Shown here one piece after another: positions 49,089 through 57,175 of a stretch of 64,000 bases of DNA. The DNA comes from an uncultured Gammaproteobacteria bacterium (lineage in GTDB: Bacteria; Patescibacteriota; Patescibacteriia; JAHIZJ01): the NCBI GenBank assembly GCA_964371245.1, contig CAYJKP010000001.1, forward strand, positions 379,042 to 443,041, in the 5' to 3' direction. The notes beneath the pieces were generated by a model. The model was not told where the DNA came from. It made no database searches and was given only the letters and a program-made list of their open reading frames with translations. Within the stretch, counting starts at the first letter, position 1; each line of letters starts with the position of its first letter. Both the position numbers and the translations under genes were made by a program.

Positions 49089-50377
49089 GACAAAAGCGGG
49101 TCAACCTCAAGGCGGTTGAGCTCAACTGCTTGGGCTGGTTGTGTCTTCCGGAAGCCGATCCGATCGGGCGCGTTTCGATCAGTTTCCCACATGCTACCCA
49201 AATAAATTGTAAACTCACCATAGACGTCGTTTATTTCATCTAGGGCGTTTGACAGCGCCGTATTTTTTTTCTCAGATGAAGACCAGAGCGAGAGCTGGTG
49301 TGAATGCGGTACGAGCCGAAAAGCCGTCACCGCCAGCATGCTGATGGGACGGCCGGCGAAGGAGCGACGGAAGATGGCCATCACTTGGTGAAAGATGTTG
49401 GCGGTGTCAGCGATTGGATACGGCAGAGTTTGGTGGCCGCTAAAGCCTCCACCCGTGCTGTAGCTCCAATAGACGCTGATGCCGCGGGCGACGCGTTTTT
49501 GCTGGCGCAGGCGACGGCCGACTTTTTCGCACAGCTTCATAAAAATTTTACGGTGATAGGCGGGATCGGCAGTTTTGATCGGAACACAGTATGAGTGGCC
49601 GATCGATTTTGGCTCAGTGGGCTGTTGAACGCCGCCCAGCTCGAGGCCGTGAAGGTTGGCCCAGAGATAATACCCGGGCTTGCCCAAAGATTGCAGAAGG
49701 TTGGCAACCGGATAGCGATACAGCTGGCCGGGCGTGAAGATGCCGAGGGCGTTCAGCCGCGCTTCCAAACGGTGGTTAATGCCCCAGATGTCCGTAAGCG
49801 ATATGCGTTCGTAAAAATCAAACAGATCATCCCTTGAAAGCGGCAAAACGCTCTGTGGGCCAGTGTAATCAGAAGCGAGCTTGGCCAGAAAGCGGGTGAA
49901 GGAGAGGCCGATTGATGAACGCAACCATTCGCCGACCTCGGTAGTAATTTCGTGTTGAATGCGAGACGCTAAACGGCCGGCTTCAGACAAGCCCGAAACA
50001 TGGCCGGTTAGATCGAGAAACGCCTCGTCAATGCTGTATGGCTCAACATCATTCGTATACCGTTTTAAAATAGTGAATATCTTTTCGGTCGTCGAGCGGT
50101 ACTTGGCCGGGTCATTTTGGATCAGAATAACCTTTGGGTAGAGCTGGCGAGCGTCGCGGACGCGGCAGCCGGTTTTAATGCCGACCTTTTTTGCTTCGAT
50201 CGACGAGGCAATAATACAGCCATTCTCACTCAGATAGGCGCAGACGCCGACCGGCTTGCCGCGCAAAAACGGATTTGCCTGCTGCTCAACCGAGGCGAAA
50301 TAGCTGTTCATGTCGATGTGGAGGATGATTTTTTTTGTATTTTGTTCTAACATAAGCCATTTAAATAATCTTTCCAC
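49085..50377 (-). CDS. dinB: Y-family DNA polymerase IV
   Basis: ILHIDMNSYFASVE and SIDEAFLDLTG catalytic motifs. Start is probably the Met at 50353. Confidence 0.88.
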   Translation of the reverse strand: MERLFKWLMLEQNTKKIILHIDMNSYFASVEQQANPFLRGKPVGVCAYLSENGCIIASSIEAKKVGIKTGCRVRDARQLYPKVILIQNDPAKYRSTTEKIFTILKRYTNDVEPYSIDEAFLDLTGHVSGLSEAGRLASRIQHEITTEVGEWLRSSIGLSFTRFLAKLASDYTGPQSVLPLSRDDLFDFYERISLTDIWGINHRLEARLNALGIFTPGQLYRYPVANLLQSLGKPGYYLWANLHGLELGGVQQPTEPKSIGHSYCVPIKTADPAYHRKIFMKLCEKVGRRLRQQKRVARGISVYWSYSTGGGFSGHQTLPYPIADTANIFHQVMAIFRRSFAGRPISMLAVTAFRLVPHSHQLSLWSSSEKKNTALSNALDEINDVYGEFTIYLGSMWETDRNAPDRIGFRKTQPAQAVELNRLEVDPLLS

Positions 50378-51332
50378 ACCTTATGCAGTCCTGTTTCTTG
50401 ACAGGCAAATAGGGCATGGTAGTATGAAAGTCTGCGTTTTTGACAATTCGTGTGTGAGAGAGGAGCGGGGAGAGCGCCGTGTTCTGCCCAGTCGTAAAAG
50501 CCCGGACTCCTGTCTGCGCCGGCGAATGTCGGCAGGACGGGCTCCGGTGCACTTGGCACTGGGCCACGCGCTCAAGAAGAACTTCGCTACGGTCTAGCGA
50601 GATCTTGCGTCAGGGTAAGCCTCCGGGGAAATGCGGCGTCTGTCGCGTTCCGGCCGGTCTATCCAAAGGCTGATCCGACACTTTCTGGCCAACACTAGTC
50701 GGATTGGAAGCGCTTTTCTCGGGTCGCGGGAGACGGCCGTCAGTGGTTCGTAAGCGGGGAGAACCTGCGCCACCGATTGCGTCGTCGTTCATGTCGATAC
50801 CGCGCCATCTACGCTTCCACCCTGTAGTACGTTCGCTTCTCTCTCACACTTTCGTTCTCTTCGTCTCTCCGCCACCTCCGTGGGGGAGGAAATCCTCGGC
50901 TGGACCCGGACTGCTGGTCGAGGTGGCTGCATGGCTGAGTGTTGGACGGGGCTCCACCAGGAGCTTCATACGCCGCAACGGCCTTCCGTTGGACGTTCAG
51001 CGCTTACGCGCATGGCCTACGTTCAGTCCGAAACCACCAGTGCGTCTAGCCTTTACCGGCTAGCGCGGGGCCCAATCCCATCAGGGAGCGGGCTCTTTTT
51101 CTTTGCAAAGAGCCAACAAATAATAAAGCCAACGGACATCGTAGAGCTATGTTTTTATCAAAGCCAATGATGGCGGGGTCTCGTTCTATTATCCTTTGCT
51201 GATTCTACAAGGCTTGCGCCGAAAACAAAGATTTTCGGCTACGATATTGGTTGCGTGCAGGCGGGCCGTTGTTATTTTCATGATTGTCCAACTACACGGC
51301 ATTAAACTCGTCGTTTTTATCCACACATTTTC

Positions 51333-51360
51333 TTGACACTGTGGCAGGGCGTGATATCCT
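51333..51360 (+). promoter_or_regulatory. sigma70-like promoter (TTGACA-16-TATCCT with upstream TG)
   Basis: Perfect -35 hexamer inside the GC-rich segment, facing a downstream terminator. Confidence 0.45.
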
Positions 51361-51366
51361 GAAAGC

Positions 51367-51662
51367 CTGTACCATGAAAGGATAAAACCGAGAGCGAGGA
51401 GGGAGAGCGTCGCCGAGAGAGCCGACGCCGCATTCCGGTTCTGATAGGGGACCATCGCTGATACGCGCACCTGCAGCCCGTCCGCGGCGGCGTTTTCCAG
51501 AAACTGACCGTTCCCGAGTCTTTCTGGAGACTGACCGTGTCAGAAGCCACCTGACAACCAAAGCCCTTCGGCTGGTTGTCCTTCGCCGTCCGTCTGACGC
51601 CCCCTCCTCCATTGTTTCTCTCGTTTCTATCCCTTGCCCGGCTCTTCGGAGTGCGGGTTTTT
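51367..51662 (+). ncRNA. candidate ~300-nt structured sRNA (promoter-to-terminator unit on the plus strand)
   Basis: Region bounded by the promoter and an intrinsic terminator. Contains hairpins GCGTCG..CGACGC, AGTCTttctggAGACT, CAACCAaaGCC(CTTCGG)GCTGGTTG and a direct repeat ACTGACCGT x2. Confidence 0.4.
51637..51662 (+). terminator. intrinsic terminator with UUCG tetraloop
   Basis: CCCGgCTC-TTCG-GAGtgCGGG followed by TTTTTAATTT. Confidence 0.65.
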
Positions 51663-51920
51663 AATTTGATCCATCCGTGTAGAGATCCTCTAGTTTCCAA
51701 GCAAGCGCGGAAGGGGAAAACGACAGAACGAATGTGTTTGAACTGTCTGATACGGAAAAGAAAAAAACAAGCTCGCGGCCGACCCGGTTCGTATGAACGA
51801 GGTTCAGCCTTTTCACGGTGTATCGCTTCCGTCCCCAGGTGAAGGCATGAGGCGTGATTTTCCGCCCGACAAAGGAAGCCAGAACGTGAACCGGTTCGTT
51901 TATCTTTTCATACATAAAGC

Positions 51921-51952
51921 AATTCAAAATTCAAAATGTAAAATTAAAAATT
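51921..51952 (+). repeat. AT-rich heptad-periodic repeat copy a (AATTCAAAATTCAAAATGTAAAATTAAAAATT)
   Basis: 7-nt periodic AATTnAA units; related copies at 51982, 52687 and 53136. Confidence 0.75.
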
Positions 51953-51958
51953 GAGGAA

Positions 51959-51975
51959 GCCCGCCCAGAGCGGGC
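51959..51975 (-). terminator. lexA terminator hairpin, centre of a ~95-bp AT-rich palindromic element
   Basis: GCCCGCCcagaGCGGGC; on the minus strand it is followed by TTCCTCAATTTTTAATTTT. Confidence 0.65.
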
Positions 51976-51981
51976 ACAATC

Positions 51982-52016
51982 ATTTTGCATTTTGAATTAT
52001 TAATTTTGAATTTCAT
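51982..52016 (-). repeat. AT-rich repeat copy b, inverted relative to a
   Basis: ATTTTGCATTTTGAATTATTAATTTTGAATTTC is the reverse complement of the a/c family. Confidence 0.75.
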
Positions 52017-52020
52017 CATT

Positions 52021-52677
52021 CTATTTCGCCGGCTGAAAGTTTCTGGTGTACGTCTTATAATTCTGCCAGTTGTGCTCGAACGTCCGAAAGATCGCCCGGA
52101 CAATGCCCTGGATGGCCGGGTTCTTCGCGTAAATCGGTTTCATCTTTGCGTTGGCTGGCTGGAGCCGAATGCGGTCGCGTTCGCGGTAGTAGCGTTTTAG
52201 GGTGGCATAGGTGTTGTCGAGCAGCGCCACGACGACGTCACCGTTCCGCGGGTAGAAGCTCCGCTCGACGATCACAAAGTCGCCGTCGAGAATGCCATCG
52301 TCAATCATTGATTCGCCTTTGACTTTCAGAACGTAGGAGTTTTCGTCGCGTACGATCTCGGCCGGGACGGTAATTGTTTCCCGCTCTTCGATTGCCTCGA
52401 TCGGCGCACCAGCCGTAATCAAGCCGGCCAGGGGCAACTCAATCGCTTTTTTGAAGCGGGCCACGCGGGTCGGTTCGAGCGAACGGGCCTTGCCGGCGTC
52501 GGCCTTAAGAAACCCTTTGTCCTCCAGGCCGCGGATATGCTCGGCGATGGTAGCGGGGGAGGAGAGGCCAAGGTGGTCGGCGATTTCCCGATAGCTAGGA
52601 GAAAAATCGTTGATCTTAATGAACTCGACGACGAAGTCGAGAATTTCTTTTTGTTTTTTGGTAAGGCGTTCGGTCAT
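52021..52677 (-). CDS. lexA: SOS repressor LexA
   Basis: N-terminal winged HTH (SPSYREIADHLGLSSPATIAEHI), Ala-Gly cleavage site region (LAGLITAGAPIEA), Ser (GESM) and Lys (VALLDNTYATLKRY) of the S24 peptidase dyad. Confidence 0.92.
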   Translation of the reverse strand: MTERLTKKQKEILDFVVEFIKINDFSPSYREIADHLGLSSPATIAEHIRGLEDKGFLKADAGKARSLEPTRVARFKKAIELPLAGLITAGAPIEAIEERETITVPAEIVRDENSYVLKVKGESMIDDGILDGDFVIVERSFYPRNGDVVVALLDNTYATLKRYYRERDRIRLQPANAKMKPIYAKNPAIQGIVRAIFRTFEHNWQNYKTYTRNFQPAK

Positions 52678-52686
52678 ATGGTTGGA

Positions 52687-52727
52687 AATTAAGAATTAAT
52701 AATTCAAAATTTAAAATGCAAAATTAT
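52687..52727 (+). repeat. AT-rich repeat copy c, located in the lexA promoter region
   Basis: AATTAAGAATTAATAATTCAAAATTTAAAATGCAAAATTAT. Confidence 0.75.
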
Positions 52728-52753
52728 GGAATACGGAATTAAAGGACAGTGGT

Positions 52754-53101
52754 TCACTCTTTTGATTTGAGTATGATGGTTGCGATAATTTTTGAAAGCT
52801 CATCATTTTCCATCGCTATGTTTTTTATTTGGGAATGCTTGATACCAGACAGCGATCCCAATACAGTCAACCAATATTCAGTTTCTCTGGCAGAGCGCAA
52901 GGCAATGCTCATATAGCGCCGGAACTCTTTCTTTGTTGCACCGTGTTGTGCCTCAACAATATTTGCCCCGATTGAACACCCTGAACGCATAACTTGGCTC
53001 CTGACGGCTCTTGATTCCGGTGTTAGAGTGACCGATTGAAGAAAATGGGCGAGGGTGATGCTAAATTGCAGTGCCCGCTGATGAATAGTAACAGTAGCCA
53101 T
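52754..53101 (-). CDS. four-helix-bundle protein (23S rRNA intervening-sequence protein / Avd-like, PF05635 family)
   Basis: ALQFSITLAHFLQ...SQVMRSGCSIGANIVEAQ...FRRYMSIALRSARETEYWL motifs. Start trimmed to MATVTIH. Confidence 0.75.
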   Translation of the reverse strand: MATVTIHQRALQFSITLAHFLQSVTLTPESRAVRSQVMRSGCSIGANIVEAQHGATKKEFRRYMSIALRSARETEYWLTVLGSLSGIKHSQIKNIAMENDELSKIIATIILKSKE

Positions 53102-53135
53102 AAAAATCTTTTCTGTTCCTTGCCGCCTTCCTTCC

Positions 53136-53160
53136 TTTTGAATTTTACATTTTGAATTTC
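53136..53160 (-). repeat. AT-rich repeat copy d, inverted, immediately upstream of the four-helix-bundle gene
   Basis: TTTTGAATTTTACATTTTGAATTTC; with copy c it brackets the 4HB gene. Confidence 0.75.
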
Positions 53161-53245
53161 TAGCCATTTTCATTATACCGAACAAAAACCGAACGTCAAG
53201 GGGTAGTTATCCACAAAGGTAAAAAACCGCTAATTATGGAAGTTT

Positions 53246-53273
53246 TCAAAACAAAAAGCACCGAGAAGGGTGC
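53246..53273 (-). terminator. intrinsic terminator of the 53310 gene
   Basis: On the minus strand, AGCACCcttctcGGTGCT followed by TTTTTGTTTT. Confidence 0.6.
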
Positions 53274-53309
53274 TTACGATGAAGGGTGCTAGCGATAGTT
53301 GGGACGCGT

Positions 53310-53687
53310 TTACCCGCGAGAGTGATGTTCCAGAGTGTGTTGTTGGTAGGCATGCCGCACCCAATGGAATAGGCCGAAGGAAACAAGGCCAGGGAGAAAG
53401 AGCACGAGGAGGCAGAAAAGCAGCGGCGTAAAGGTCTGTGACCCGAGGGAGGACGAAAGCTCCATGATCATCGATTGCGCTGTTTCCTGCAGAACGAACG
53501 TTGCCACGACCGTGAACGCCATCCAGCCGAACAGCAGAAGCCAGGGCGTGGCGGACCCATCGGGGCGGTGAATGAAGTGCCAGAGAGCCGATACAGCAAG
53601 TATCAGAGCGATGGCGTTACAGATCCAGAACGCGATCGCGGGACCGACGAGACGTTTCATGGGTACCTCCTCTTGAACAAGCCGCAC
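53310..53687 (-). CDS. hypothetical 4-TM membrane protein (GC-rich)
   Basis: 125-aa ORF with a probable start at MKRLVG (53660). GC ~58%. Confidence 0.5.
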   Translation of the reverse strand: MRLVQEEVPMKRLVGPAIAFWICNAIALILAVSALWHFIHRPDGSATPWLLLFGWMAFTVVATFVLQETAQSMIMELSSSLGSQTFTPLLFCLLVLFLPGLVSFGLFHWVRHAYQQHTLEHHSRG

Positions 53688-53963
53688 TCCATCGGTATCC
53701 TACAGGGTTTATTATTTTTTGGCTAGATAGAGGAATGCATGAATATTGAATTCTCGCTAGACAAAAATCAGTAGATATGCTATAATTATACTATGAAAAT
53801 AAATATCAAAAGAAATTCACAACGGTTTAGAGTATGTAATCCCGCCCAGCGAGCTGAGTGGGTTTTTATTATGCCAACGCTACATTCAAAAGATGACCTG
53901 TCGAAACAGCAGCGCTGGTATGAAAAGATAATCATGCGGTTTGGCATTCATGCCTAAATAGAC

Positions 53964-56390
53964 ATGTGGAAACCGTTTACCAGTAGTTTAACGCGCCGGG
54001 TAATATTCCAAGTGTCGCTGTCAGCGACTGTTATGCTTGGAGCATTGATTTACGTTTCACTATCAAACACCTCGGCGAGTTTGAAAAAAGAAATACAACT
54101 GCGCGTCAATCAGCAAGGGGAAGCATTATCCCTTATTTTTAATAATAGCCTTGAGAGACTCTATTTTGATACTGATTCTTTTGCCCAGCGAACAGCCATC
54201 AAAAACGGAAGCCAAACATTAAGCAATCAACCTGACCTGACAACCATCGGCAACCTAGCGGAATATACGTCGCTGAAAGAAGCGCTTATCGATGAACAGA
54301 GTGCGCGAGACGCAAGTTTTATCGCCATTGTCAACGCCAAAGGGCAAATATTGGCCGCGAGTACGAACGCCCAAACGGGTAAAAAATTATCAATCAATGG
54401 ATATGTTGATGAGGTATTGAAGAGTGGACTCTCGGTTAAATCTTTCGAAATTATTCCCAGTACCGAATTAACCCTTCTGAGCCCAGAATTATTAGAACAG
54501 GCGAGGGTTGATCGTCGCACGACCGAATACCAAAAAACAGGCTGGCGCGATAAAAAAGCTGAAACGGACGGTTTGTTCATGACGGCGGTATCTGTGATAA
54601 AGAAAGACAACACGGTAATTGGCGCTGTCGTCAGCGGTATCCTAATGAATAACGACATGGCGCTTCTTGAGAGCGTCACCAAAAAAAGCGGCGGCATCGC
54701 CACAATCTATTTATACGACGCTCGGATAGCGACAACACAAACGGATCAAGATCGGAACGAAACAGCCAAGGGTACGCTCGCCTCGGAAGACGTTGTGAAT
54801 GCCGTTTACGTTTCACAAAATGATTTTTCGGGCCGGTCTTTTGAAGTGAATGACTGGTATCTGATGTCGTATATTCCGTTACGCGATAGCAACAACGAGG
54901 TCGTTGGGAGCATCGCTCGGGGCATCATAGAATCAGAAATACAAAAAAATATTTCGGGGTTGCAATGGCGGTATGTCATTATGGGAGGAATAGCCGTAAT
55001 GATCGTTTTTATTGTCACGAGTATCATCACTCGGCAAATCGTCAATTCATTGAAAAAGTTGGCAGCGAACGCCTATCGGATCAGCCGCGGTAATCTGGAT
55101 ATCGACATCAAGGCGCCGGATCGTGACGATGAAATCGGCGATCTGACGCACAGCTTCATTATCATGAAGGATAAACTCCTAGAATATTACACGAAACTTG
55201 AAGATCTGGTCGCACAACGGACACAGGAGCTGCGTCAAAAAGTGAAAGATCTTGAACACGCTCAGCATTCAATCGAACGAGAAAAAAACAAATCAGAATC
55301 AATCCTAGCAAATGTCGGCGATGGCGTCATGGCGTTGGATGAGAATCTTACCTTTATTGCGTGTAACGAAGCGGCCGTTGAATTATTCGGCTATACAAAC
55401 ACTGACGTTATTGGAAAACAGCTTGATGACATTATTGTTCTAAAAAGCCTGAAGCTTGCCAATGCGAATAAAGAGTACTCGCCCATCATGGAGTCCATAA
55501 AAACCGGTCAGATCATCGTAACCGGAACCGGTGAATACGCGATCGTAAACAAGGCAAAAAAAGAAATACCCGTCACCATTACGGCGGCGCCGCTCATTGA
55601 CGCGCACGGGGTTATTAAGGGCGGCGTTGTCGTGCTCCGGGATGTGACAAAAGAGCAGGAAATTGATAAAATGAAGTCAGAATTCGTCTCGGTCGCCTCG
55701 CACCAACTGCGGACGCCGTTATCGGCCTCAAAGTGGTTCTTGGAGATGTTGCTCGATGGTGACGCCGGCAAGCTCAATGATGAGCAACGGGAGTACCTTG
55801 ACCATACCTATAAATCGAATGAACGGATGATCGCGTTGGTCAACGACCTGCTCAATGTTTCTCGGATTGAATCCGGCACAATCGCCATCGAACCGACCAG
55901 CACCGATATGGATGGCATGGTCAAAAGCGTTCTCTTTGAACTGACTCCGCTGATCAAACAGAAAAATATCAAAACAGTTTTTAAGGCATTGCCCGGCGGC
56001 ACGCCGAAGATTAAAATCGATTCAAAGCTTATTCGCCAGGTCTTTCAAAATCTTCTTTCAAATGCAGTGAAATATACGCCGGAGAGCGGAACGACAGGCG
56101 TGCGAATCACAAAAGCAGGCAAGTATCTCCAATTTGAAATTTTTGATTCCGGCGTCGGCATACCAAAAGTACAGCAGTCAAAGGTGTTTAAGAAATTTTT
56201 CCGGGCCGACAATGTGATTACGCTCCAGACGGAAGGCACCGGGCTAGGACTCTATGTGGCGAAATCAGTCGTTGACGCCTCTGGCGGTAAAATCTGGTTT
56301 ACGTCCAACGAAGGACAGGGGACGAGCTTTTTCTTCACGCTCCCCTTGGCCGGCAGCAAGCGGCGCGAAGGCGAAAAAACATTAATCTAA
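53964..56390 (+). CDS. sensor histidine kinase: periplasmic double-Cache-like sensor, HAMP, PAS, HisKA, HATPase_c
   Basis: Two TM flank a ~290-aa extracytoplasmic domain. HAMP (IGDLTHSFIIM), PAS (ILANVGDGVMALD), H-box SHQLRTPL, G-box GTGLGLYV. Confidence 0.88.
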   Translation: MWKPFTSSLTRRVIFQVSLSATVMLGALIYVSLSNTSASLKKEIQLRVNQQGEALSLIFNNSLERLYFDTDSFAQRTAIKNGSQTLSNQPDLTTIGNLAEYTSLKEALIDEQSARDASFIAIVNAKGQILAASTNAQTGKKLSINGYVDEVLKSGLSVKSFEIIPSTELTLLSPELLEQARVDRRTTEYQKTGWRDKKAETDGLFMTAVSVIKKDNTVIGAVVSGILMNNDMALLESVTKKSGGIATIYLYDARIATTQTDQDRNETAKGTLASEDVVNAVYVSQNDFSGRSFEVNDWYLMSYIPLRDSNNEVVGSIARGIIESEIQKNISGLQWRYVIMGGIAVMIVFIVTSIITRQIVNSLKKLAANAYRISRGNLDIDIKAPDRDDEIGDLTHSFIIMKDKLLEYYTKLEDLVAQRTQELRQKVKDLEHAQHSIEREKNKSESILANVGDGVMALDENLTFIACNEAAVELFGYTNTDVIGKQLDDIIVLKSLKLANANKEYSPIMESIKTGQIIVTGTGEYAIVNKAKKEIPVTITAAPLIDAHGVIKGGVVVLRDVTKEQEIDKMKSEFVSVASHQLRTPLSASKWFLEMLLDGDAGKLNDEQREYLDHTYKSNERMIALVNDLLNVSRIESGTIAIEPTSTDMDGMVKSVLFELTPLIKQKNIKTVFKALPGGTPKIKIDSKLIRQVFQNLLSNAVKYTPESGTTGVRITKAGKYLQFEIFDSGVGIPKVQQSKVFKKFFRADNVITLQTEGTGLGLYVAKSVVDASGGKIWFTSNEGQGTSFFFTLPLAGSKRREGEKTLI

Positions 56391-56397
56391 CAATACT

Positions 56398-56778
56398 ATG
56401 ACGACTCAACCTATTACCGTACTGGTGGTCGAGGATGAGGACATTATTAGCAAGGCGCTGCAAACAAAACTTGAAAAGAACAATTTTAGCATTCGAGTAG
56501 CTCGGGAAGGTGAAGCGGGCTTGGCCTTGGCGGCTTCAGCGAAGCCAGACGTTATTCTTGTAGATTTATTGATGCCAAAGGTAAGCGGTTTTGAATTTTT
56601 ACGACGGTTGAAAGAAAACAGCGATCTAAAAAGTATCCCGGCGATTGTCTTAACGAATCTTGATGACACGAGCTACCAGAAAAAGGCCATGGACTTAGGC
56701 GCGGCTGAATATCTCGTGAAAACCCGGACCAATCTGGACGAATTGAAGAACAAAATTCACGAATACGCTAAACGCTAA
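56398..56778 (+). CDS. single-domain response regulator (CheY-like receiver)
   Basis: VEDED...D(54)LLMP...K receiver motifs; no output domain. Confidence 0.85.
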   Translation: MTTQPITVLVVEDEDIISKALQTKLEKNNFSIRVAREGEAGLALAASAKPDVILVDLLMPKVSGFEFLRRLKENSDLKSIPAIVLTNLDDTSYQKKAMDLGAAEYLVKTRTNLDELKNKIHEYAKR

Positions 56779-56782
56779 GACA

Positions 56783-57148
56783 ATGGCGAAGATACTCGTG
56801 GTTGAGGACGAGATATTTTTATCTGAAGCCTTAACGGATAAGCTTCGGAAATCGAAATATACCGTTGAGGCGGCGATGGACGGTGAGCAGGCCTTGATAA
56901 AGGTTGGCTCGTTTAAACCCGAGCTGATCCTGCTCGATATTCGGATGCCGAAAAAGGACGGTTTTTCAGTAATCCGAGAATTAAAGAACAGTCCAACCAC
57001 AAAAGATATTCCCGTTATTATGCTTTCAAATTTTGGAGAAGCAAACGAGGTTACGAAAGCAAAATCGCTTGGTGCGCAGGATTATTTCGTCAAGGCAAAT
57101 CTTAAATTAGTCGATTTGTGCACGAAGATAAAAAATCTACTCGGCTAA
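56783..57148 (+). CDS. single-domain response regulator (CheY-like receiver)
   Basis: VEDE...LDIRMPKKDG...K receiver motifs; no output domain. Confidence 0.85.
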   Translation: MAKILVVEDEIFLSEALTDKLRKSKYTVEAAMDGEQALIKVGSFKPELILLDIRMPKKDGFSVIRELKNSPTTKDIPVIMLSNFGEANEVTKAKSLGAQDYFVKANLKLVDLCTKIKNLLG

Positions 57149-57175
57149 CGCGTCATTATTTTTAAATTATCGTCA

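Larger units (their letters stand above)
50378..51920. other. ~1.5-kb GC-rich (~60%) ORF-free segment between dinB and lexA; only short overlapping ORFs in all six frames
   Basis: Sharp GC shift relative to flanks, no ORF with protein-like composition, and many perfect hairpins including UUCG-capped ones. Confidence 0.7.

Noticed and set aside
49085-50377. ImuB-like rather than DinB identity
   Set aside because: The protein retains the full catalytic carboxylate motifs (DMNSYFASVE, SIDEAFLDLTG) that ImuB homologs typically lack, and no imuA/dnaE2 partner genes are present.
50486-50515. RNase P RNA P4-like motif (AGUCCGGGCU ... GGGCAG on the minus strand)
   Set aside because: Only a 9-nt core matches. 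The 3' partner strand (ACAGARCCCGGCUUA-like) and other universally conserved RNase P elements are absent, and there is too little sequence downstream before dinB to hold the remainder of an RNase P RNA.
50347-51700. Several 60-130-aa ORFs on both strands within the GC-rich intergenic segment
   Set aside because: They overlap each other in all frames and are Arg/Pro/Ser/Gly-rich, as expected from random translation of GC-rich DNA. They lack RBSs and any family resemblance, so they are treated as non-coding.
52754-53101. Diversity-generating retroelement centred on the Avd-like four-helix-bundle gene
   Set aside because: No reverse-transcriptase ORF (no YxDD-containing ORF of >250 aa) and no recognizable template/variable repeat pair in the window. 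The 4HB gene appears stand-alone.
51921-53160. AT-rich repeats as a CRISPR array
   Set aside because: There are only four copies, in mixed orientation, with irregular spacing (30 nt, 670 nt, 410 nt). The spacers contain whole genes, and no cas genes are present.
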